Shown: piece by piece, positions 31,674-40,855 of the stretch
Position numbering within the stretch: position 1 is the first letter of the stretch
Layout of the letters: every line of letters starts with the position of its first letter
From: an uncultured Chthonomonadaceae bacterium
Lineage (GTDB): Bacteria; Armatimonadota; Chthonomonadetes; Chthonomonadales; Chthonomonadaceae
NCBI GenBank assembly: GCA_963835065.1
Contig: CAWIEK010000063.1
Span: 64,001-128,000 of the forward strand
DNA length: 64,000 nucleotides
Reading direction: 5' to 3'
The notes under the pieces: model-generated
Databases searched by the model: none
Told to the model about the DNA's origin: nothing
What the model saw: only the letters and a program-made list of their open reading frames with translations
Program-made: the position numbers and the translations under genes

Positions 31674-33719
31674 TTGACGAGTTTGGAACATTTGAGTGAC
31701 AGCCAGAAGGCCGCCGTCCTGCATGACGAGGGGCCTGCCGCCGTGTATGCCGGGCCGGGCAGCGGCAAAACGCGCGTGGTCACGCTGCGGGCGGCGCGGC
31801 TTGCGAGTGTGGGCAAGCGCCTGCTCGTGACTACCTTCACCAGCGACGCGACGGAAGAGATGCGCGCTCGCCTGGCGCAACTGCTTTCCAAAGAACAGCT
31901 TGCCAGAACGCAGATTTCCACCATGCACGCCCTGTGCCTGCAAACTCTCAAAGCGACGGGAACCCAATTCGCGCTTTTGACCGATGAGCAACTGCGCCGC
32001 AATCTGGCCGAAACCGCGCTTGCGGGCGAACTGGAAGGCGGCGTTGCCGGTTTTTTAGCCCGCATGTCGCTGCAAAAGAACAGCGGCATGACGGCGGATG
32101 TTTATAAGCACGACGGCAGCAGCGAGGACATGGATTTCGCGCGCTGCTGGCGGGCGTACGAGAAAGAAAAAGCCAAAAAAGGGTTTCGGGAGTTCGATGA
32201 TTTAATTCTGGACGCGGGCGCGCTGCTTTCCAAGCGGGAGGATACGCGCAGGCTGCTGGCGGACCGCTTTACGCACATCATCGTGGATGAGTGTCAGGAC
32301 ATGAATCAGCCGCAATATGCCGTCGCGTTCGCGCTGGCGCAGGATCATAAGAATTTGATGCTTGTGGGCGATCTCGACCAATCGCTTTACGGCTTCCGGG
32401 GCGCGGATACGGTCACCTTCAAGCATTTTGCCGCCAACCCCCGCACCCGCGTCTATGAGCTGCGGGAAAACTACCGCTGCACCCAAAACATTCTGGCGTT
32501 TGCCGACAGCCTGATACGGCAGGACGAGAACCGCCGCGCCCTGGCCTTCGTTCCCACCCGTCCCGAAGGTGAACCCGTCACCTGGGAGCGCTACCCCGAC
32601 CCCGACCTGGAAGCGCTGGACGTTGGCGAACAGATTCTGCATCTGAACAAACGCGGTATCGCCTGGCGCGACATCGCCGTTTTGTACCGCACCAATGCCC
32701 AGAGCGAAGCCTTCGAGCGCCACTTCGCCGGCCTGGAAATCCCCTACGCCCTCCGCGACGACGGCGACTTCTACGCCCGCAAGGAAGTGCAGGGGGTGCT
32801 GGCGTACCTTAACTTCTTTCAGGGAACAGGGAACAGGGAACAGGGAACAGAAAAGTCCCATGCTGCCATAGCGCGGCGTGAATCAAAGAAGGAACAAGAT
32901 AATTCTGTTCCCTGTTCCCTGTTCCCTGTTCCCTACCCGGATGAATGGCTCCTCGCCCTGCTCAACGTGCCGAGCCGCAAGATCAGCCGGGGCACGGGGG
33001 CGCAATTGCGGACGACGGCGGAAGTGCGGGGCAAGCGTATCTGGGATATTCTGCCCCACTTCCACGCCGATGATTTGAAAACGCACAAAGGGCTGAAGTC
33101 GCTTGTCGGCGAACTTCAGCGCATTGACGAGAAGATCAAAAACATTGCCGATGCCGGGGAAGCCATTCGCATCATTCGCGCCGTAACCTATTTCGACGAC
33201 TGGCTGCGCCGCGAAGAGCAGAATGACCGCGACAATGACCGTATCCAGAACATCCAACGGATGCAGGCGGCGGCGGCGCACTACCCGACGATAGGCGAGT
33301 ATCTGGCCGCTGTGGAAAAAGTGCGGACGGAAGCGGAGCGGCGCAAAGCCGAGCGCAAGAAAAAGCGGCGCAACGAGGATGAAGTGACGCTGGCAACCGG
33401 GCACTCCGCCAAAGGTTTGGAGTGGCGCTACGTGTTTGGCGTCGGCTGGTCCGAGGAGATTTTGCCCCACCGCAAGGCCGAAGACATCAGCGAGGAACGG
33501 CGCATCGCGTATGTCATCGCTACGCGGGCGCGGGATCAGTTCTTCGTCTCGTCCCTCGATAGCTGGAACGACGCCATTGTCGCGCCCTCCCGTTTCCTGT
33601 CCGGCGTACAGGTCGCTTCACCCGCCGCTCGTGAAATGCCGCCCGAAGCGGAAGCAGTCAACCTGAAACCGGAACCGGAAGCGGAGGATTTGTTGGGCGG
33701 GCTGTTTTTGGCGTTGTAG
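31674..33719 (+). CDS. UvrD/PcrA-family ATP-dependent DNA helicase
   Basis: AGPGSGKT, VDECQD, VGDLDQSLYGFRGA, ENYR, LYRTN, HSAKGLEW and EERRIAYVIATRA motifs. Confidence 0.93.
   Translation: MTSLEHLSDSQKAAVLHDEGPAAVYAGPGSGKTRVVTLRAARLASVGKRLLVTTFTSDATEEMRARLAQLLSKEQLARTQISTMHALCLQTLKATGTQFALLTDEQLRRNLAETALAGELEGGVAGFLARMSLQKNSGMTADVYKHDGSSEDMDFARCWRAYEKEKAKKGFREFDDLILDAGALLSKREDTRRLLADRFTHIIVDECQDMNQPQYAVAFALAQDHKNLMLVGDLDQSLYGFRGADTVTFKHFAANPRTRVYELRENYRCTQNILAFADSLIRQDENRRALAFVPTRPEGEPVTWERYPDPDLEALDVGEQILHLNKRGIAWRDIAVLYRTNAQSEAFERHFAGLEIPYALRDDGDFYARKEVQGVLAYLNFFQGTGNREQGTEKSHAAIARRESKKEQDNSVPCSLFPVPYPDEWLLALLNVPSRKISRGTGAQLRTTAEVRGKRIWDILPHFHADDLKTHKGLKSLVGELQRIDEKIKNIADAGEAIRIIRAVTYFDDWLRREEQNDRDNDRIQNIQRMQAAAAHYPTIGEYLAAVEKVRTEAERRKAERKKKRRNEDEVTLATGHSAKGLEWRYVFGVGWSEEILPHRKAEDISEERRIAYVIATRARDQFFVSSLDSWNDAIVAPSRFLSGVQVASPAAREMPPEAEAVNLKPEPEAEDLLGGLFLAL
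32820..32933. repeat. In-frame inverted heptamer element (GGGAACA)4...(TGTTCCC)4 in the helicase
   Basis: Encodes QGTGNREQGT...VPCSLFPVP. Confidence 0.92.
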
Positions 33720-33793
33720 GGGTTCAGGGATTAGGAACTTCTTGACGGTGTGTAACGTTACAAACAGGGTTTTAACATTTTCTTAATCTTGGA

Positions 33794-33971
33794 AACGCTT
33801 GCTGTGAAATACTGGCCGAGCATTGAAAATACCCGGCAGGAAAGTGCAAGCGTCTTACAGACGCGATTCCCTACATCAAGATTCCCGCGTCTGTAAGATG
33901 CTTGTTTTGTCCTGCCGGGTACTTTCAGTACCCGGCAACAGACAGGATACGCCCATTTCACAGCAGGCGTT
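33794..33971. other. About 180-nt rod-like palindrome (candidate ncRNA or MITE) inside a GGGATTA/TAATCCC-flanked intergenic region
   Basis: Nested complementary blocks: AACGCTTGCTGTGAAAT/ATTTCACAGCAGGCGTT, TACCCGGCAGGA/TCCTGCCGGGTA and TCTTACAGACGCG/CGCGTCTGTAAGA. Confidence 0.7.
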
Positions 33972-34064
33972 GGAAACACTTTCTTGTGCAGACGGCCCAT
34001 TCTAGTCAATCAAACCTGATCCCTAATCCCTAACCCCTAATCTCTACATGAAGGAGCGATTCCA

Positions 34065-35054
34065 ATGTCGAAAGCCGCGCCCAAGCCCAAAGTGAAGCAT
34101 GCCGCCAAGCCCAACGCCGGCCATTCCGGCAAACATTCTGAAAAACCTGCGCCCAAACCGAAGCGCAAGGCCATGCCTACCCTGCCGCAACACCAGTTTC
34201 CCGCGCCTTATGACCGCCTGCTGGCAATGGGCGAAGTGGATGGGGATTTCGTCGCGTACAAGCAATTTGCAGGAGAATTGGGACGTGGAAACGCGCAGGA
34301 GGCGGTTGCGCGTCTAACGGCTATTGCGCTGGATCGCTCGTTTGAACAGTATGACGACGATGCTAACCCCGATTTGGACGATCCGCGCTTATGGACGCGC
34401 CTTCACGCAGTGGGTATTCTGACGCAAATGGGCGACGCGGCGCAGGCTGCTATTGAGCCTTTATTGCCTCTTTTGGACGATGAAGACGACTGGCTGCGCG
34501 AGGAACTGCCCGTGTTTTACGCCCATATAGGACAGCCTGCCGTCGAGCCGCTGCGCCGCATCCTGCAAAACGGGGAATTGGACACGTACCGGCGCACGGG
34601 CGCGGGTGACAGTCTGGAGCAGATGGCAGAACACCGTCCCGAACTGCGCGCCACCATTGTCCCCCTGCTGGAGCAGGCGCTGATAGACGCCGGGCAGGAC
34701 GATGTACTGGCCTCGTTTCTGGTGTGCAACCTGCTCGATTTGAACGCCAAAGAAAGCCTGCCCCTGATACAGCAGGCGTTCGCGGAAGATCGCGTAGACT
34801 TGTCCGTTGTCGGCATGGAGGATGTGGAGGAGCATTTCGGAATAATTACAGAGGGAAAAGGGAAAAGGGAAAAGGGAAAAGAAGAAAGGGAAGCGGAAGA
34901 TACGGGCGGGGAAAACATTGCTGCGAGTGGAGACGTAGAAGACAGGGATAGTATTCCTGCGGCGGCTCCTTTTGTGAAGCCGGTGAAGTTGGGGCGCAAT
35001 GAGCCGTGCTGGTGCGGCAGTGGCAAGAAATTCAAACAATGTCACGGCGGCTGA
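34065..35054 (+). CDS. HEAT-like/DUF1186-type protein with C-terminal SEC-C zinc motif
   Basis: [19 protein letters not shown]; (GGGAAAA)4 insert at 34852-34892. Confidence 0.85.
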   Translation: MSKAAPKPKVKHAAKPNAGHSGKHSEKPAPKPKRKAMPTLPQHQFPAPYDRLLAMGEVDGDFVAYKQFAGELGRGNAQEAVARLTAIALDRSFEQYDDDANPDLDDPRLWTRLHAVGILTQMGDAAQAAIEPLLPLLDDEDDWLREELPVFYAHIGQPAVEPLRRILQNGELDTYRRTGAGDSLEQMAEHRPELRATIVPLLEQALIDAGQDDVLASFLVCNLLDLNAKESLPLIQQAFAEDRVDLSVVGMEDVEEHFGIITEGKGKREKGKEEREAEDTGGENIAASGDVEDRDSIPAAAPFVKPVKLGRNEPCWCGSGKKFKQCHGG

Positions 35055-35116
35055 GGGGAGTTTCCTCTTTTGCCGTTGGCGTGTGTTGTTTGACGGTCAG
35101 GCAGCGAGCAATTCTT

Positions 35117-35752
35117 ATGCGCGACATGACAATTTATCTTTTGATGTGCATGATGGCTTTTGCCATGCTTTTCATCAGCATGTTTTTGACGGTCAGCCTG
35201 TCGGCAAACCCTTACGCGCAAGTGGCCTTTGCAACGCTTGGCCTCCTGATTGCCGCGCTCTGGCTGCGGCGGATAGTTCGGCAATGGAAGCAGGCGCGGC
35301 GATTGCGGCAGGCGCAGGTTTCCAAGTTGGCCGAGTCCCTGACGCCGCAATTGCAGGGCGAGTTTTCGCCGTATGTGATCGAAGCGGCGGAACGTTTGGG
35401 CGAAGCACGGGATACGACCGCCGTTCCCGCCTTGATTGTCGCGCTGGAGCATTGCGTGGAAACGCAGCGCCCCGGCTGGCGTGACCGCGCCGCAGCCCTT
35501 GCCGACGCATTGGGACGTATAGGAGACCGCCGCGCCCTGTCTCTGCTTTACCGTCTTGACAACGTGCGCGGCATCGGCTTAATTCCCGCCGTGCGCAACG
35601 CCATCGCCGCCATCGAACCACAAACCAGCCTGCTCCGCGCCGGCAGCGCCGACAATGTACCCCCGCAATCCCTCCTGCGCTCCGTTCAGCAACGCCCCCA
35701 GGCCGAAGAAGCAACAGTTTTGCTGCGCAGCGTGGAGGTAGTTGATAGTTGA
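35117..35752 (+). CDS. Membrane-anchored HEAT-repeat protein
   Basis: Two N-terminal TMs; AAERLGE...AVPALI and ALGRIGDRRAL repeats. Confidence 0.7.
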   Translation: MRDMTIYLLMCMMAFAMLFISMFLTVSLSANPYAQVAFATLGLLIAALWLRRIVRQWKQARRLRQAQVSKLAESLTPQLQGEFSPYVIEAAERLGEARDTTAVPALIVALEHCVETQRPGWRDRAAALADALGRIGDRRALSLLYRLDNVRGIGLIPAVRNAIAAIEPQTSLLRAGSADNVPPQSLLRSVQQRPQAEEATVLLRSVEVVDS

Positions 35753-35860
35753 AGGGTAGGAAATGATGAGTGATGAGTAATGAGTGATGAATGGAATTCC
35801 TATCTCATCACTCATCATTCCACGTTCATCATTTGTCCCTCAACTCTCAACTCTCAACTA
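35739..35860. repeat. Nested inverted heptamer element between convergent genes
   Basis: Outer arms AGTTGAT/TCAACTC and inner arms GATGAGT/CTCATCA; contains both stop codons. Confidence 0.85.
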
Positions 35861-37522
35861 TTTCCCCGCTTCCGCATTGAACGTGTAGTGCGTAATCGAG
35901 TATTGGTTCAGTTCCCCGTTTAGAACGATCATGTCAATGCCCCTCAAGATTGGGTGTTGAGGATTTTCGATTTTCGATTTTCGATTTTCGATTGGAGGCA
36001 GGGAATTGGGAATTGTAGATGGGGAATTTGGGATTGGGGGCGGTGGGGCGCTGAAGGTTAGGACGGCGCAGGAGAAGGCTACGCCTTTGTCTTTGTCGAG
36101 ATAGCGCCCGCCTGCCGCGCCGGTTGTGCCGGCGTTGCACAGAATGGTTTTCAGGGCGGAAGCAGGCTGTGCGCTTGACGGCGGAAGGGCGGCTTCTGTG
36201 ACGTCGTGCGTTTCGATATAGTAGCGGTGTTCGTGTCCACATAGAATAAGCGGGACGAGGCCCCATAGAGCGCGCGATTCTTCCGGGTCATGTACGGCGA
36301 TAATGTCGGGAATCGCAGGTTGGGCGCGGACGGCTTGCAGCAGTTTGTCGCGCTGCGCCTGAATTTGCGCGTCGCTTGTGTCCACGCTGCCTACGCCGTC
36401 GCGCTGCGAGGCGGGATTGGGCAGGCCGAGCAGCGTCACGCCGTCTATGGTTACCAGTTGCCCGTTGAGTTGGGTGACGTTGGGCTGTCCGGCGAGAGCG
36501 CTGCCGACCGCCTGCGAGTCATGGTTGCCAAGCACGGACACGTAGGGGTAGGGCAGTTTGCCGACGCTGGCTGCCAGAGCGGTTTCCGCCGGGCTGCCGA
36601 AGTCGGTCAGATCGCCCGTATCCACGATGAACTTTACTTTGAACTGATCGGCCACTTGCCGCACAAAGTTCATGGAAGCCGGGTTGTTGTGAATATCGGA
36701 AATGTGGAGAATACGGAACGTGTTTGGGCCGTCGTCCAGTCCCACGCCGTTAATCGGCGTGTTGATACGCCCGTACAGCACATCCAAATTTTTGGCGACG
36801 GATTGTAATTTCTGCGACAGGGCTTCGATTTTGGTGAACGCATCCTTGCCGAACTGAATCACCCAGGGGGCCTGCTTCAGCGTTCCCGTATAGATGGGCG
36901 CGCGAAAGGCGTGGTTGTCGAACGTTGTCAGGATATTGCCGAGCAAGACGCCGACCACAAGCATACCGAGCAGCATCGCGCTGATGTACCAGCGCGTTCG
37001 GCGGGCGCGAAACAGCAGGGGGGCGAGCAGCCCGCCCAATGCGGCCACAACAAACTGCCGCAAAACAAAATTCCGCAAGTCTGCCCGCGCCGTTTTCTCA
37101 AAATCCTGCGCCAAATCGTCGCGGTTAGGATTGCTTTCGACAAGTTTCTTGATCTCGTCTACCTGAATCTCTTCCAGCGTGGCGATTAGGGCAACGGGCG
37201 CGACGTGCGTATACGCCTGCACTTCCCCAAGCGGGCGCAGTACCAGCGTGGTCAGGCCGCGCTTGGCGGGCAGCAGGCGCAACTCCACCTGAAAGCCGTG
37301 CCAGCGATAGGCCGAGCGTCCCAGCGTACACACGCTCAACGCCGAACCCCACAGCGCCAGCAGCACGAACAGAGTTGCCAGCCCGACACGCGCCAGCCAG
37401 CGTTGGAGGCGTCGTAACGCGCCTTTGCCCTGTGCCGCATGGCTGTTTGCGCCCCTCACGGTACTATTGTCAGCGCCCTTTGCTCCTGCCCCGTTGCTGT
37501 TGTCTATCGTGCCCTTCCTCAT
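35858..37522 (-). CDS. Membrane-bound metallophosphoesterase
   Basis: SDIH, TGDL, GNHD and GHEH motifs. Heptamer insert at 35950-36040 (IPNSP...IENRKSKIENPQHP). Confidence 0.88.
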   Translation of the reverse strand: MRKGTIDNSNGAGAKGADNSTVRGANSHAAQGKGALRRLQRWLARVGLATLFVLLALWGSALSVCTLGRSAYRWHGFQVELRLLPAKRGLTTLVLRPLGEVQAYTHVAPVALIATLEEIQVDEIKKLVESNPNRDDLAQDFEKTARADLRNFVLRQFVVAALGGLLAPLLFRARRTRWYISAMLLGMLVVGVLLGNILTTFDNHAFRAPIYTGTLKQAPWVIQFGKDAFTKIEALSQKLQSVAKNLDVLYGRINTPINGVGLDDGPNTFRILHISDIHNNPASMNFVRQVADQFKVKFIVDTGDLTDFGSPAETALAASVGKLPYPYVSVLGNHDSQAVGSALAGQPNVTQLNGQLVTIDGVTLLGLPNPASQRDGVGSVDTSDAQIQAQRDKLLQAVRAQPAIPDIIAVHDPEESRALWGLVPLILCGHEHRYYIETHDVTEAALPPSSAQPASALKTILCNAGTTGAAGGRYLDKDKGVAFSCAVLTFSAPPPPIPNSPSTIPNSLPPIENRKSKIENPQHPILRGIDMIVLNGELNQYSITHYTFNAEAGK

Positions 37523-37567
37523 CCGCCCTGCTCTGCTCCTGTCCGCCTGCTCATCTCATGCACAATA

Positions 37568-37906
37568 TTATGCTACCGCAAAATCGGTGTACTGTCGCAT
37601 ACTCGGATGCTGAAACCCTAAAACTATATCCTCGTTGCGGACGCCCGCCCGCAGGAATTCCGCCGTAATTCCCTCCTCCGTCCAATCCTCCTCAATCCAT
37701 ATCCTGCCATTTTTGATGCGGACATGCACAATGATTCGGGAAACGTGCTTGACGCCCTCCCAACCTACGTCCATAATCATATAGTGGTCATGGGCTTCAT
37801 CGAAGACACATACAGATTCCAAGTCACAGTCTCCCGTTCCATCAGTATAGGGCGAAGCGGAAAGCGCTTGTTTAATCAAATTTCGCCATTTGCGTTGATT
37901 ATCCAT
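37568..37906 (-). CDS. xisI: XisI protein
   Basis: FDEAHDHY..MDVGW, HVRIKNGRIWIEEDWTEEGI and IVLGFQHP motifs. Confidence 0.9.
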   Translation of the reverse strand: MDNQRKWRNLIKQALSASPYTDGTGDCDLESVCVFDEAHDHYMIMDVGWEGVKHVSRIIVHVRIKNGRIWIEEDWTEEGITAEFLRAGVRNEDIVLGFQHPSMRQYTDFAVA

Positions 37907-38051
37907 TTACAACCTCCTCTTGTGGAACATCCACTACCAGGAACGCCAGATCATACTGCTTCACAATCGCTTGTACCGCTTTTCTTCCAAAGACATTGCT
38001 GTACGCGACGGTACTGACGGCCAGATACAGTTTACGCTCTGGCTCTATTTC
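37899..38051 (-). pseudogene. xisH: XisH C-terminal remnant
   Basis: Manual translation gives EIEPERKLYLAVSTVAYSNVFGRKAVQAIVKQYDLAFLVVDVPQEEVV, overlapping the xisI start; there is no start codon. Confidence 0.75.
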
Positions 38052-38059
38052 CTAGACCT

Positions 38060-40165
38060 CTAAATGTAGATTTTGTAGGTTTGCAGGTGCTGGAGGGGGC
38101 CGTACAGCGCCCACAGCGAACCGATGATATAATCTCCTAAAATCAGGCCGAGGAAAAACGGAATCGCCGCGTTGTAGGTTTTCATGCCGCCGAAGCGCAC
38201 CAGAATGGATTTTAACGCCCACGCCACGAAGAAGCAGAACCAGAAGTAGTCCATTGCATACGATACGGCCAGCGCGTACCCGGCGGGATGGAACGGCCAC
38301 CACAGGAAATTGGTTCTCATGCCGCGCAGGAAAATCACCAGCAGGAACCCGCCCGCAATGTAAAACATCTGCGTGATGTTTACCTTTGCGGGCGTACTCA
38401 GCCAGTCGTGCAGGCGCTCGTAGCTTTCCCCGCCCACCCACTGCTTGAAGCCCACCGCTTTGGCTGTCGCGCCTTCCGTAAACGTGACGTGGAGATTGGC
38501 CCAGTACGCGCACAGCGTTCCCCAAATGAGGGCAATCACCAGCACTTTCAGGATAGAACTTTGCCGGATGCGCGCGGTTTCGCCCATCTTCATGGCTTCC
38601 AGTTCGTTGGGCATGGGATGGCAGCGATAGCCCCGGTTGAACCAGTACATCGTGGACATAGCGGTCAAACTCTGCGCCCCAATCGCCTGACTGCCGAACA
38701 GCGTGACCAGAATCAGGCGCGGATTGACAAAGTAAATCTCGTGCGGCGTTCCCAATTCCGCCCGAACGCGCGTCAGCGTCAGGGCGAGCAGAAAGTACAG
38801 CCCGAAGAACAGCACCGCCACCCAGGGCGTCAGCCCAATCTTCCAGCTATACCCCGCCAGTATCACCATCCCCACGCCGATGCCGATAAACGCGCCGCGA
38901 TACTGCTTTTGTAATGATGAGTGATGAGTGATGAGTGATGAATGGGATTTTAATTCATCACTCATCATTCCTCGTTCATCACTTCTCCATGCCGTTCGCC
39001 ACGCCAGCCGGAACTGTTTGCGCAGCGCCCAGACAATCGTTAAGCCCCAGGCGATCCATGCGCCACTGGCCTGCTGCTCGAAGTAGGGGAAGCCCTGACT
39101 GCCCGGCCCGTCCAAACCGCTGGCCGCGCCGAACACTTGAAACAGTTTGCGGGCAACGAAGAAGAACCAGCAGGAAAACGATAAATCCAGCGGGACAAAG
39201 AACGCTAGTCCGATGGCGAAGGGGTACAGCGAGATGTTGGTGACGCCAATCGCGCTCCAGGGGCGGGCGGTCACGAACTGCCCCATGTTATACAGCTTGA
39301 TGATTTCCAGATAGGGCAGGGAGGGGTAGATGGTATGCAGGCCGTTGATGCTGTCAATCAGCGCGGCGAGGGCGAACCCGGCCCACATCATGCGGCTGGT
39401 AAACAAACTTGCGCCCGTTGCGGTTTTGCCGCTGTTGTCGTCGGTCATGGCAAGCGGAAGCTGCACGATGGGAAAGGCCAGTCGCTCGTTGTCGCTCCAA
39501 TGGCTGCGGATAAGGATGTTCAGGCACAGGCAGACGCCAATCAGAGTGCCGATGAACAGCGTCCACCACGCAAGGGGAAGCACGAACGGCCCCCAGTAGC
39601 GCGGGTCGTAGGGGTTGGCGTTGCCTAAGTAGTAGGCTTTGAGGGCGTCGGGGTCGCGCACGATCCAGAAGGAGGGCAGGAACGCGAAAAACAGATCGCC
39701 CCACTTGTTTTCTTTGGTGGCGAAGCGGTCCGCGTGTCCAATCGCGCCGAACAGGTTCTGGAACATATCATGCCCGGCCAGCAGGGTTCCGATGACCAGA
39801 ATGATGTAGATGGTGAGCAGTTCCGGCTGCGAGAAACTCCAGCGGGGCGCAAGGCGGGGCAGAAAGCGGCGCAATCCTAAATTCAGCAGGCACAGCCAGA
39901 ACAAAAAGAAAATGGGCGTAATGAACAGGGGCAGGCTGGTTCCGTCCAGCGTATACCAGCGCACTTCCACAACCGTAATCCAGAATGTGTTGGGCACGGT
40001 CAGCAGCAGGCCGAGCAAAACCGCGCGCAGCGAGACATTCCGCAATGTTTGCTCGGAGGCAGGCGATTGCGCCGATGCAGGCACAGACGCAGGCATGGAC
40101 GACAGGGCGTTTTCAGACGCAGAAGCGGGCGTTGCGCCGCGCATGGGAGGCTTCGTTGGTTCCAT
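38060..40165 (-). CDS. DUF6785-like polytopic membrane protein (putative transporter)
   Basis: About 700 aa with many TMs; W..NERLAFP, RVRAELG and WWPFHPAGY motifs. Heptamer insert at 38914-38982. Confidence 0.75.
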   Translation of the reverse strand: MEPTKPPMRGATPASASENALSSMPASVPASAQSPASEQTLRNVSLRAVLLGLLLTVPNTFWITVVEVRWYTLDGTSLPLFITPIFFLFWLCLLNLGLRRFLPRLAPRWSFSQPELLTIYIILVIGTLLAGHDMFQNLFGAIGHADRFATKENKWGDLFFAFLPSFWIVRDPDALKAYYLGNANPYDPRYWGPFVLPLAWWTLFIGTLIGVCLCLNILIRSHWSDNERLAFPIVQLPLAMTDDNSGKTATGASLFTSRMMWAGFALAALIDSINGLHTIYPSLPYLEIIKLYNMGQFVTARPWSAIGVTNISLYPFAIGLAFFVPLDLSFSCWFFFVARKLFQVFGAASGLDGPGSQGFPYFEQQASGAWIAWGLTIVWALRKQFRLAWRTAWRSDERGMMSDELKSHSSLITHHSSLQKQYRGAFIGIGVGMVILAGYSWKIGLTPWVAVLFFGLYFLLALTLTRVRAELGTPHEIYFVNPRLILVTLFGSQAIGAQSLTAMSTMYWFNRGYRCHPMPNELEAMKMGETARIRQSSILKVLVIALIWGTLCAYWANLHVTFTEGATAKAVGFKQWVGGESYERLHDWLSTPAKVNITQMFYIAGGFLLVIFLRGMRTNFLWWPFHPAGYALAVSYAMDYFWFCFFVAWALKSILVRFGGMKTYNAAIPFFLGLILGDYIIGSLWALYGPLQHLQTYKIYI

Positions 40166-40210
40166 GCGCTAATCATAGCAAATTTCAACAAAAGACGCAA
40201 GAGGCAGGAA

Positions 40211-40507
40211 TCACGTTGTTTTCTGTGGCGACGCCCGACGGAACAGGAGGGGCAGAATCCGTTCCTGTACGAACTCGTAAACCGCCTCGTCTTCCGCCTC
40301 CGCGTCTTCCAAAGGCATGATAATACGCCCCGCCTCCTGATACAATGCGCCGAGTTCGTCTGTCGTCAGGGCAACATCCTGTACGCCTGCTTCTTCATCG
40401 CTGCTTACGAAACGCTCCCATCCTGTCAACAGGTCGAGCAGGCGCGTACCCGCTGTTTTCACTTCCGTTTTTGTTGTGATTTGTTCGGCTACTGCAGTGT
40501 TCGTCAT
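40211..40507 (-). CDS. Hypothetical protein
   Basis: AGGAG RBS before ATG 40507; acidic, probably helical sequence. Confidence 0.55.
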   Translation of the reverse strand: MTNTAVAEQITTKTEVKTAGTRLLDLLTGWERFVSSDEEAGVQDVALTTDELGALYQEAGRIIMPLEDAEAEDEAVYEFVQERILPLLFRRASPQKTT

Positions 40508-40589
40508 GGCTTCTCCTGAGATAGGAACGGCGTGAAGGACTATACCCATTATACAACACTATGGGACTGTAAATCTATAACTTCCCAGA

Positions 40590-40613
40590 GGGCACAACAT
40601 GTTGTGCCCCTAC
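40590..40613 (-). repeat. GTAG-type REP palindrome
   Basis: Minus strand reads GTAG + GGGCACAACATGTTGTGCCC, a perfect 20-bp palindrome. Confidence 0.75.
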
Positions 40614-40855
40614 AATCGAGAACTTGTTCTTTTATGGATCCCATATGTCCTTCGTAAAGAACAAGCTCACGCCGGCATACTGCATGGTATGTAATAGACT
40701 GATGGCACAGCTAGAGGAATTCTATTTTAATCTGTTGAATATAGAGCGTGAAATGAAAATCATCTTGTTTTTGCGGCAGCCGTGTCAGGATGCGGCAAGT
40801 GAACGAACACCTTTAAGGCGACAGTTTTTTCAGAAGGCCGGGCAGGAGTTTTGGC

